39,521 nucleotides of DNA from an uncultured bacterium. GTDB taxonomy: Bacteria; Gemmatimonadota; Gemmatimonadetes; Gemmatimonadales; Gemmatimonadaceae. The notes under the pieces were generated by a model. The model saw only the letters and a list, made by a program, of their open reading frames with translations. It searched no databases and was not told the DNA's origin. The stretch spans positions 1-39,521 of the forward strand of contig CAXBQP010000030.1 in assembly GCA_963978095.1 (NCBI GenBank), written 5' to 3'. Shown here piece after piece: positions 28,630-36,865 of this stretch (position 1 is its first letter; every line of letters begins with the position of its first letter). The translations under genes and the position numbers were made by a program.

Positions 28630-28721
28630 TTTTGCAGCTTTCCATCGACATTTTTGCAGTTCACGCCTTGAATTTGCCGAAATGCAACGATAATTTTGTA
28701 CAATCTGCAATTTTCGCAGAT
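28630..28721 (+). promoter_or_regulatory. AT-rich GSIII promoter with repeated TTGCAG motifs
   Basis: TTGAAT (28668-73), 17 nt, TAATTT (28691-96); TTTTGCAG direct repeats at 28630 and 28652; inverted repeat ATCTGC-N7-GCAGAT at 28703-28721. Confidence 0.55.
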
Positions 28722-28756
28722 CACCGCGCCGTCACCTCTCCGCCGACAACATTATT

Positions 28757-30982
28757 ATGGCCTCCTCGATCTCGCCGCGTACCGCCGCCATCCACGGCAT
28801 CGCCGGTCGTGTCCCGACCGCTCCGAATGTCCCTGCCGCCGCGCATGGATCGGGCGAGCCGGCCTCGCACTACTTCGGCATCAACACCTTCGGCGCGCGC
28901 CAGATGCGCGACAAGTTGCCGAAGGAGGTCTATCAGAAGCTCGTCGAGGCCGTGCGCCTCGGAAAGAAGCTCGACCTCGAGATCGCGCCGACCGTCGCGC
29001 AGGTCATCAAGGAATGGGCCGTCTCGCGCGGCGTCACCCACTTCTGCCACTGGTTCCAGCCGCAGACGGGGCTGACCGCCGAGAAGCACGATGCCTTCCT
29101 GAACTTCGACGAGAACAAGTCGGCGATCGAGCAGTTCACCGGCGATCAGCTCATCCAGTCGGAGCCCGATGCCTCCTCCTTCCCCTCGGGCGGACTCCGC
29201 GCCACCTGGGAAGCGCGTGGCTATACCGCGTGGAATCCGGCCTCGCCGGTGTTCATCATGGAGAGCCCGGGCGCCAAGACGCTCTGCATCCCCTCGGTCT
29301 TCATCGGATACCACGGCGAAGCGCTCGACGAGATGACCCCGCTCCTCCGCTCGAGCGACATCCTCTCCGAGAAGGCCAAGGAACTCCTCGAGCTCATCGG
29401 TGACAAGGGCGCGCTCCGCGTCTACACCACCATGGGCGCCGAACAGGAGTACTTCCTGATCGACCGCACGCACTTCGCGATGCGCCCGGACCTCGTCATG
29501 GGCGGCCGCACCCTCGTCGGCGCGGCCCCGCCACGCGGGCAGCAGCTCGAAGACCACTACTTCGGTGGCATCCCCGAGCGCGTGCTCGCCTGCATCGCCG
29601 AAGTCGAGTTCGAGCTCTACAAGCTCGGCGTGCCGATCGTCACCCGCCACAACGAAGTCGCCCCCTGCCAGTTCGAGATGGCGCCGCAGTTCGAGGAGAC
29701 CGACGTCGCGGTCGACCACAACCAGCTCGTGATGTCGGTGCTCAAGAAGGTCGCGCTGCGGCACGGTCTCCAGGCGCTGCTCGCCGAGAAGCCCTTCGCC
29801 GGCATCAACGGCAGCGGCAAGCACTGCAACTGGTCGATGGCGATCACCGCCGACAACGACCTCGACGGCGTGAACCTGCTCAAGCCGGGAAAGACGCCGC
29901 ACCAGAACATCCGCTTCCTGCTGATCCTCGCTGCCGTGCTCAAGGCGGTACACAAGCATGCGGGGCTCATCCGCGCGGGCATCGCGACGAGCGGCAACGA
30001 ACACCGCCTGGGCGCCAACGAAGCGCCGCCGGCCATCATCTCGGTGTTCATGGGAGACATGCTCACCCGCGTCATCGACGACATCGCCGCCGGCAAGACG
30101 GGCTCGCAGAGCGCGGCCCAAGCCATGATCCAGCTCGGCGTCGCCAAACTCCCCGAAGTCGCCAAGGACAACACCGACCGCAATCGCACCTCGCCCTTCG
30201 CCTTCACCGGCGCCAAGTTCGAATTCCGCGCCGTCGGTTCGAGCCAGAGCATCGCCTTCCCGGTCATGCTGCTCAACGCCACCGTGGCCGAAGCGGTCGT
30301 CGAACTCACCGAAGCGCTCCGCAAGGAACTCAAGACCACCCCGAATCGCGACGACGCCGTGCTCAAGGTCGTGCGCGAGGCCTTCAAACTCACCAAAGCC
30401 GTGCGCTTCGAAGGGAACGGCTACAGCGACGAATGGGTCAAGGAAGCCAAGAAGCGCGGCCTCCCGAACTATCGCCGCTCCCCGGAGGCGCTGCTCCAGA
30501 TCGTCTCCAAGCAGTCCGTGCACCTCTTCACCACGCTCGGCATCCTGACCAAGGAAGAGGTCGATTCGCGCTATCACATCCGGCTCGAGCGCTACATCAA
30601 GGACATCATGATCGAGATGTACACGCTGGCCGAGATGGTCGACACGCTCGTGCTCCCGTCCTCCCTCGCCTACCTCGGCTCGCTCGCCGACTCGGCGGCC
30701 AAGGCCAAGAGTGCGGGGATCAAGATCGTGCCGCAGCGCGCCGCCGCCGAAGCGGTCGGCAAACGGGTCGTCGCGTTGCAGAAGGCCGCCGCCGCGCTGC
30801 ACGCGGCGATCCAGAAGGCCGAGACCCTCCACCACGATCCGGCCAAGCAGGCCCAGTTCCTGACGAGCACCGGCGCCGACAGCATGGCCGCCGTGCGCGC
30901 GCAGAGCGATGCACTCGAGCTCACCGTCGGCGACGACTTCTGGCCGTTGCCGCGCTACCGCGAGATGCTCTTCCCGGTCTGA
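28757..30982 (+). CDS. glnN: Glutamine synthetase type III
   Basis: 741 aa; THFCHWFQP, AEKHDAF, EPDASSFPSGGLRATWEARGYTAW, GAEQEYFL, HNEVAPCQFE, KPFAGINGSGKHCNWS, HRLGANEAPPAI, DRNRTSPFAFTG, WPLPRYREMLF. Confidence 0.96.
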   Translation: MASSISPRTAAIHGIAGRVPTAPNVPAAAHGSGEPASHYFGINTFGARQMRDKLPKEVYQKLVEAVRLGKKLDLEIAPTVAQVIKEWAVSRGVTHFCHWFQPQTGLTAEKHDAFLNFDENKSAIEQFTGDQLIQSEPDASSFPSGGLRATWEARGYTAWNPASPVFIMESPGAKTLCIPSVFIGYHGEALDEMTPLLRSSDILSEKAKELLELIGDKGALRVYTTMGAEQEYFLIDRTHFAMRPDLVMGGRTLVGAAPPRGQQLEDHYFGGIPERVLACIAEVEFELYKLGVPIVTRHNEVAPCQFEMAPQFEETDVAVDHNQLVMSVLKKVALRHGLQALLAEKPFAGINGSGKHCNWSMAITADNDLDGVNLLKPGKTPHQNIRFLLILAAVLKAVHKHAGLIRAGIATSGNEHRLGANEAPPAIISVFMGDMLTRVIDDIAAGKTGSQSAAQAMIQLGVAKLPEVAKDNTDRNRTSPFAFTGAKFEFRAVGSSQSIAFPVMLLNATVAEAVVELTEALRKELKTTPNRDDAVLKVVREAFKLTKAVRFEGNGYSDEWVKEAKKRGLPNYRRSPEALLQIVSKQSVHLFTTLGILTKEEVDSRYHIRLERYIKDIMIEMYTLAEMVDTLVLPSSLAYLGSLADSAAKAKSAGIKIVPQRAAAEAVGKRVVALQKAAAALHAAIQKAETLHHDPAKQAQFLTSTGADSMAAVRAQSDALELTVGDDFWPLPRYREMLFPV

Positions 30983-31002
30983 GTGCCCCCGGTACGACGA
31001 CT

Positions 31003-31035
31003 GCGGCCCCCATCGGCGATGCCGGTGGGGGCCGC
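31003..31035. terminator. Hairpin between convergent GSIII and Omp85-like genes (likely bidirectional terminator)
   Basis: 15-bp stem GCGGCCCCCATCGGC-gat-GCCGGTGGGGGCCGC with one G-U pair. Confidence 0.7.
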
Positions 31036-31077
31036 GGCGTTCGTGGCGGCGAGACTGCGGCCGGCCCGCGGCGCTGG

Positions 31078-32775
31078 CTACCGCCCGTTGTTCAGATCAC
31101 GACCGCCCTGGCGTCGCCGAGAGACATTGAACCACGGCTGCGTCGTCAGCGTGAAGAGCCAGCGATTCGACACGCTCCCGCGCATCCAGATCGTCTTCGC
31201 GATGTCGAACCGGATCGGCGACTGCGACGGCTGCCCCCACACGCGGCGGATGCCGACCCCGATGAGGAACGCCTCCGGATTCGTCGTGAGCGTGTCGTTG
31301 GTGGCCACGTTGCGATGCCGCTCCGTGTACTGGAGGAACGGCACGGCATCGACCGCCCAGCGCCGATCCGTGGTGTAGACCGTCAGCGAACGCTCGAGCG
31401 TGATGTTCACCGCACTTTCCGCCAGACGCGACGAGGGAATCAACGCGCGCAACGTCGGATCGACCGTCGAGAGGGCGAACACGTCGGGGTCCGGATTCAG
31501 CACGCGCTCCGCAGCGACGCGGAGCGCCCAGGATCCGCCGCGCGCACGGCGATACGCGGCCGCGGCCACACGCGCCACGCCGTCGGCAACGGAATCGTTT
31601 TCGAAATAGCCCGACAGCCAGAGATCGCCGGTCAGGATCGTGGCCGGATCCGGCTGCGCGGTGTAGCCGCCCCAGCTGTCGAAATGCGTGATCGGTCCGC
31701 CGACGGAGAAATCATGTCCCACCCCGACGACGAACTCCCCGTCGAACCCGTGCGGCACCTCGGCACTGGGCTGACCCGGCACGAGCCAATCGATGGCGCC
31801 CACCTGCATGGACCGTCGCGCGAAGCCGACCAGCGGTGCCGAGAAGTCCCGGGCGACACTCGGGCGTCCCAAGCGCGCATTGCGCTGCACGACGTCGAGC
31901 GCGGCCTTCTCCTGCTCCACGCCGAAGACGAGCGCCGTCACGCCGTCGCCATCCTGTTGGATCCGACGCTGGAACGTCAGGACATCCGACCGTCGATCGA
32001 TCAGCAGGGCCACCGGTTGCGTCACATCCAGTTGCTGACGCATGAGCTGCGAGCTCGTGAACGACATCCGCCAGACATCACGCGGCGAGAAATCCCGGGA
32101 TCGGATGTTCCATCCCCACGACCGGCCATCGCCATAGTTCCGCAGCGACAGCCCGCCACGCAACCGCGAGCCGAAGAGATAGGGATCGTTGTACGTGAAG
32201 GTGACCGCGGCGCGATCGTCGACATTCTCCGCGACCGCGGACAGCGACCGGCCCGACCCGCCGAGGTTCATCTCGCTCACCGACACCCGCGACGTCACGC
32301 GTCCGTAGCGGACATCGCCGCGAAGACTCCACGAATCACGGGTCATGATCTGCAGGTCCGTGGTCCCGTCGGCGCAACGCACCCCCGTCAGCATCACGTC
32401 GTTGTAGACGCCGCTGCGCCGCAGCCGCCGGATCGATTCCTGGATCTCGAGCGAGTCCATCACCTGCCCGGCCGCGAACGTGAGGTTGTTGAGCGGCACA
32501 CTGAGGCGCGTCGTGAAGTGCAGCGCGCGCACCACGCTCCCGATCCATCCCGAGGGTGCCTCCACCGTGTGCGCATCCACCGTGACCTGTCCGATCCGGG
32601 TACCGAGCCAGCGCTGCGGGAATCCCACGGTGAGGGTATCGGTGGCGCAGCCGGCTGCCGGCGTGTTCTGCGAGGAGACCTGCTGTGCGTGCGCGGTCCC
32701 GCCGAGGGTCGCGATCGCCCCGATCACCACGGCGACCACGCGCGCGAAATGCCGAATGTGCAGGACGCGGGTCAC
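31078..32775 (-). CDS. Putative outer-membrane protein, one POTRA-like domain + beta-barrel (Omp85/BamA-like)
   Basis: Signal peptide ending AHA; LHFTTR...FAAGQVMD...ESIRRLRRSGVYNDV...TRDSWS...EMNLGGSGRSL...YNDPYLFGSR matches the POTRA-to-barrel transition; alternating beta-strand pattern downstream. Confidence 0.65.
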   Translation of the reverse strand: MTRVLHIRHFARVVAVVIGAIATLGGTAHAQQVSSQNTPAAGCATDTLTVGFPQRWLGTRIGQVTVDAHTVEAPSGWIGSVVRALHFTTRLSVPLNNLTFAAGQVMDSLEIQESIRRLRRSGVYNDVMLTGVRCADGTTDLQIMTRDSWSLRGDVRYGRVTSRVSVSEMNLGGSGRSLSAVAENVDDRAAVTFTYNDPYLFGSRLRGGLSLRNYGDGRSWGWNIRSRDFSPRDVWRMSFTSSQLMRQQLDVTQPVALLIDRRSDVLTFQRRIQQDGDGVTALVFGVEQEKAALDVVQRNARLGRPSVARDFSAPLVGFARRSMQVGAIDWLVPGQPSAEVPHGFDGEFVVGVGHDFSVGGPITHFDSWGGYTAQPDPATILTGDLWLSGYFENDSVADGVARVAAAAYRRARGGSWALRVAAERVLNPDPDVFALSTVDPTLRALIPSSRLAESAVNITLERSLTVYTTDRRWAVDAVPFLQYTERHRNVATNDTLTTNPEAFLIGVGIRRVWGQPSQSPIRFDIAKTIWMRGSVSNRWLFTLTTQPWFNVSRRRQGGRDLNNGR

Positions 32776-34316
32776 GGCATCACCTGAACATCCGGAGGTC
32801 CATACCCGTGCACCGCCACCACCACGTGTCGGCCGGTGACGCCCGCCTCGTGCACGCCATCGACACGCTGTCCCGCAACGCGGAGTCCGGCCGCGGTGCG
32901 CGACGCGAGACGCGTCACGAACCGGGGATCGGCGGAGTCGGCGCGCATCAGAAACGGGCCGCGACTGCCGAGCTCGGCCAAGAGCACGATGGCGGCCTGC
33001 GCCGGTTCGAGGAACTCGGTTTCGCCATGCACGGCGATCACGATCGGTGTCCCGGGGGGTGCGGCAGCGATGGCCTCATCCAGGCGATTGCGGATCGCGC
33101 GAGTGGTGTCGCGATTGCTCTGTGCCGCGCGACGTGCCGGAACGAACCCGTGCCGCGCGGCCAGCACGACACAGACCAGTACCCCGGCCACGGCGAGTTG
33201 TTCGGCCCGCCGCGCCCGACCATCGAGGCGCAGCAGCTGCATCGCCACCCCCACGGCGCCCACGAAGAGCAGCGGTTCCGCAAGGCGGCCGGGATAATCG
33301 TATCGTCCGCCGAAGCGGGGCCAGACCGGACCGTAATACGTCGCCTGACTGGCGACGAGCGCCGTGATCACGATCAGCAGCAGCACCGCATGCTGCAGCG
33401 CCGAGCGACGCGCCACACCCGCAGCGCCGGTCGCGTTGCGCAGCGCCAGGAATTTCGGGAGCAGCACCACCGCTGCCAGGATCCAGAGCGCCGCCAACAT
33501 CGCACCGGTCATCCCGAACAGCCACCCGAGCCGTGTCGACGCGTCAATGGTCGTTCCGTACTCGTCGCGCATGCTGCCGTGCACCGCGCGCGTCACCGAC
33601 AGCGCGACCACGGCGACCGCGGCCATGGCGAGCAGGCTCGCGACCACCGCCGTTTTCGGATGCGCGCGACGGTGATGCCAGGCGAGCAGCACCGTCGGGA
33701 CCAGGAGCACGGCGAAGTTCTCCTTGCATCCGACGGCGAACATCGTGCCGCACGCCGCCAACCAGAGTCCGGTCGATCGGGCACCGGATTGCCAGCCGAT
33801 GCTGTACCCGATCGCCACCGCGGCGAGTCCGAGGGAGGCGTACGGTTCGGAGGTGCCGAGGTGGCTCCAGATGTCCCGCTGATACCAGCCGCTCGTGAAC
33901 AGCAGCAGGGCGCCGACGGCCAGCCAGGGTCCCGCCATGGTCCACACCGCGAAGGTCAGCGCCGCCGTCACCAGACCGTACCACAGCGTATGTTCGACGT
34001 ACCAGCGACGGGGATGCGCGCCAAGCGCCCAGAGCTCGAGCACACGGGTGATGTAATAGATCGGACGATACCGGACACTGCTGCCGAACTGGGCCGCCTC
34101 CGTCGTCGCGATCACCGCCGGGATGTCGCCGACGCGCAACGTCGCCCCGGGCGGACGGTAGGACAGCGGGACCAGATCGTCCTGCAGCCCCCACCAGGCA
34201 TCATGCTGCGGCGCGAGTTGGACCAGCGCGAGGACGACCCCGAGCACCAGACAGACGGCCGCCCGCCACCCCGTCGACAGCCGGCGCCGAATCCCCGAGG
34301 CCGCCGCCTCCGTCAC
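32772..34316 (-). CDS. Polytopic membrane protein, possible GT-C fold glycosyltransferase
   Basis: About 10 TM segments; acidic pair after TM1 (WGLQDD), RYRPIYY, SEPY, CKENFAVL, GRYDYP and a soluble C-terminal tail, a layout typical of GT-C proteins. Confidence 0.5.
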   Translation of the reverse strand: MTEAAASGIRRRLSTGWRAAVCLVLGVVLALVQLAPQHDAWWGLQDDLVPLSYRPPGATLRVGDIPAVIATTEAAQFGSSVRYRPIYYITRVLELWALGAHPRRWYVEHTLWYGLVTAALTFAVWTMAGPWLAVGALLLFTSGWYQRDIWSHLGTSEPYASLGLAAVAIGYSIGWQSGARSTGLWLAACGTMFAVGCKENFAVLLVPTVLLAWHHRRAHPKTAVVASLLAMAAVAVVALSVTRAVHGSMRDEYGTTIDASTRLGWLFGMTGAMLAALWILAAVVLLPKFLALRNATGAAGVARRSALQHAVLLLIVITALVASQATYYGPVWPRFGGRYDYPGRLAEPLLFVGAVGVAMQLLRLDGRARRAEQLAVAGVLVCVVLAARHGFVPARRAAQSNRDTTRAIRNRLDEAIAAAPPGTPIVIAVHGETEFLEPAQAAIVLLAELGSRGPFLMRADSADPRFVTRLASRTAAGLRVAGQRVDGVHEAGVTGRHVVVAVHGYGPPDVQVMP

Positions 34317-34323
34317 GGCACGC

Positions 34324-35688
34324 TCAATACTTGGCGAGATACTGCTCCAACTCCCACGCGCTCACCTGCGAGATGTAGTCACTCCATTCCTGCCGCTTCG
34401 CGGCGAGGAAGTTCGCGGTGATGTGCCGACCGAGGGCCGCCTGCACCACATCGCTCTTCTCGAGTTCGTCGCACGCTTCGTTCAGGTCGTGCGGCAGATC
34501 GTCGATCCGCAGCCGCCGCTTCTCGCGATGCGACATCTCCCAGATGTTCTCGTTCACCGGCTCGCGCGAGCTCGCCCTGGTGTCGATCCCGTCCAGTCCC
34601 GCGGCGAGCATCACCGCGAGCGCGAGATAGGGATTCGCCGCCGGATCGGGCGAGCGCAGCTCGACGCGCGTCCCGGTACCGCGGCGCGCCGGCACGCGGA
34701 TCAACGGCGACCGGTTCCGCATGCTCCACGCCACATTCACCGGCGCCTCGAAACCCGGCACGAGCCGCTTGTAGGAGTTGACCAGCGGATTGGTGATCGC
34801 ACTCATCCCCCGCGCGTGCGTGAGCAACCCGCCGATGTAGTGGTGCGCGATCGCCGACAGTTCGTACTGACCCGACGCGTCGTAGAAGGCATTCTTCCCG
34901 CTGTGGAACAACGACTGGTGCGTGTGCATCCCGCTGCCGTTCTGCCCGAAGATCGGCTTGGGCATGAACGACGCGTGCAGTCCGAAACGCTGCGCCACGT
35001 CGCGCACCACGAACCGGAAGGTCGCGAGGTTGTCGGCGGTGGTGACGGCATCGGCATAGCGGAAATCGATCTCGTGCTGCCCATGCGCCACTTCGTGATG
35101 CGCCGCCTCGATCTCGAATCCCATCTGCTCGAGCACGTCCACCACCGCGCGGCGCGCGGTCTCGCCCAGATCCACGGGGGCGAGATCGAAATACGAGCCG
35201 GCGTCGTGTGTGGTCGTCGTCGGCATGCCGTCGGCCGACAGCTTGAACATGAAGAACTCCGCTTCCATGCCGGCGTTCATCGTGTAGCCCATCGCCGCCG
35301 CGCGCGCGACCTGTCGCTTGAGCGCTCCACGGGGATCGCCATCGAACGGCGCCCCTTCCGGCGTCTGGATGTCGCAGATCAGGCGCGCCACGCGCCCCTG
35401 CTCATCGCCCCCGGGGAAGATCTTGAAGGTGCTGAGATCGGGGACCAGCAGCATGTCCGACTCCTCGATCCGCACGAACCCCTCGATCGACGACCCGTCG
35501 AACATGATGTCGCCATCGAGCGCCTTGGCGAACTGCGACGCGGGAATCTCGACGTTCTTGTTGATCCCGAGAATATCGGTGAACATCAGGCGCAGGTACC
35601 GGACGCGATGCGACTCGGCCAGCTCCAGAATGTCCTTCTTGGTGGCCCCGCCGAGATCGGCGAGGAGGGCGCGCGACTTACCGGCCAC
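34324..35688 (-). CDS. glnA: Glutamine synthetase type I (GSI-alpha-like)
   Basis: FTDILG, FDGSSIEGF, EAEFF, HHEVAHGQHEIDF, FMPKP, NGSGMHTHQSL, NSYKRLVPGFEAP, NRSPLIRVP, RVELRSPD..ANPYL. Confidence 0.95.
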   Translation of the reverse strand: MAGKSRALLADLGGATKKDILELAESHRVRYLRLMFTDILGINKNVEIPASQFAKALDGDIMFDGSSIEGFVRIEESDMLLVPDLSTFKIFPGGDEQGRVARLICDIQTPEGAPFDGDPRGALKRQVARAAAMGYTMNAGMEAEFFMFKLSADGMPTTTTHDAGSYFDLAPVDLGETARRAVVDVLEQMGFEIEAAHHEVAHGQHEIDFRYADAVTTADNLATFRFVVRDVAQRFGLHASFMPKPIFGQNGSGMHTHQSLFHSGKNAFYDASGQYELSAIAHHYIGGLLTHARGMSAITNPLVNSYKRLVPGFEAPVNVAWSMRNRSPLIRVPARRGTGTRVELRSPDPAANPYLALAVMLAAGLDGIDTRASSREPVNENIWEMSHREKRRLRIDDLPHDLNEACDELEKSDVVQAALGRHITANFLAAKRQEWSDYISQVSAWELEQYLAKY

Positions 35689-35804
35689 GATCGTGATGCT
35701 CGCAGAGAGGGGGAGGTACCGTCACCCGAAATATCGGCCGCCGCGCGCCGCTCGGCAAACCGTCGAACCCTCAATTCCGGGCGCGATTCCTGTATCTTTG
35801 TCCG

Positions 35805-36638
35805 ATGAACACCTCCAGCCCGAACTGCCCAAGCTGCGGCGAGGCCGCATCCGGACACTTCTGCGCCAACTGCGGCGCCCTTCTGAACCCCAAGGCCGTC
35901 TGCAGCGTGTGCGGCAAGCCGCTCGCCTCGGGGGCGCACTTCTGTCATCAGTGCGGCTCCGCCGTCAGTGGCTCCGGCAGTGTACGGCACCCCCGCGCGC
36001 GCGGAACACCCGTGGCGCCGGCCGCGGGCAGCTTCCAATGGGGATGGCTCGTGCCCGGCGTCGCGGTCCTCATGCTGGTGGTGTTCCTGATCGCGCAGAA
36101 GGTCTCCGGCAATGCCGCTTCCGGCAGTGCGCCGGACGGCGACAAGACCCCCCTCGGCGGTGCACCGATGGCCGGCCCGTTCAGCGGGGGTGGGGGCGGG
36201 GGTGCCGCACCCGATATCTCACAAATGACCCCCGAGCAGCGGGCCGACCGGCTGTTCGACCGCGTCATGCGCTACGGCTCCGAGGGGAAGCAGGACAGCG
36301 CCCGGATCTTCGCCCCGATGGCGATCCAGGCGTATGAGATGATCGGGACGCTCGACACGCATCGTCGGTACGACATCGGGATGATCGCCGTGATCGCCGG
36401 CGATGCCGCCATCGCAAAGGCGCAGGCCGACACGATTCTCGCGTCGAACCCGACGCATCTGCTGGGGCTCCTGGTGGCCATGAAAGCCGCAGGGCTCGCC
36501 AACAAACCCGCGGATCGGGCTGGATTCGAGAAGCGCTTGGCGGCGGCCAAGGATGCGGAGCTGGCCAAGAAACTCCCGGAATACGAGGCGCACCGCCCGG
36601 ACATCGACGCGGCGTTGAGGACCGGGGGCAAAAAGTAG
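35805..36638 (+). CDS. Double zinc-ribbon membrane protein with helical (TPR-like) C-terminal domain
   Basis: Four CxxC pairs (CPSC, CANC, CSVC, CHQC), one TM segment (WLVPGVAVLMLVVFLIA), Gly-rich linker, helical C-terminus; TATCTT 6 nt upstream of the ATG. Confidence 0.8.
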   Translation: MNTSSPNCPSCGEAASGHFCANCGALLNPKAVCSVCGKPLASGAHFCHQCGSAVSGSGSVRHPRARGTPVAPAAGSFQWGWLVPGVAVLMLVVFLIAQKVSGNAASGSAPDGDKTPLGGAPMAGPFSGGGGGGAAPDISQMTPEQRADRLFDRVMRYGSEGKQDSARIFAPMAIQAYEMIGTLDTHRRYDIGMIAVIAGDAAIAKAQADTILASNPTHLLGLLVAMKAAGLANKPADRAGFEKRLAAAKDAELAKKLPEYEAHRPDIDAALRTGGKK

Positions 36639-36701
36639 AGAAAACCAAGGAAACGGCAGTTTTTTCAAGCCACCATAACAACATAAACAAATCAAAATAG
36701 A

Positions 36702-36723
36702 GCCATTACAACGGTGTAATGGC
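36702..36723. promoter_or_regulatory. Perfect palindrome in the AT-rich region upstream of tolC (candidate operator)
   Basis: GCCATTACA-ACGG-TGTAATGGC (9-4-9) at the end of an A-rich tract (36640-36700). Confidence 0.5.
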
Positions 36724-36865
36724 CACGGGAATCCGCCGCGTCCAACCGTGCCGATGACGTCGACGCCGGATGGTCGTCTCGTCCTCGGGGAGGACCGGTC
36801 CCCTCCCCTCTCGGCACTGGGAGACTGACCCCAGCGTCGGCGCTCCGTTCGGCGTATACACTCTG

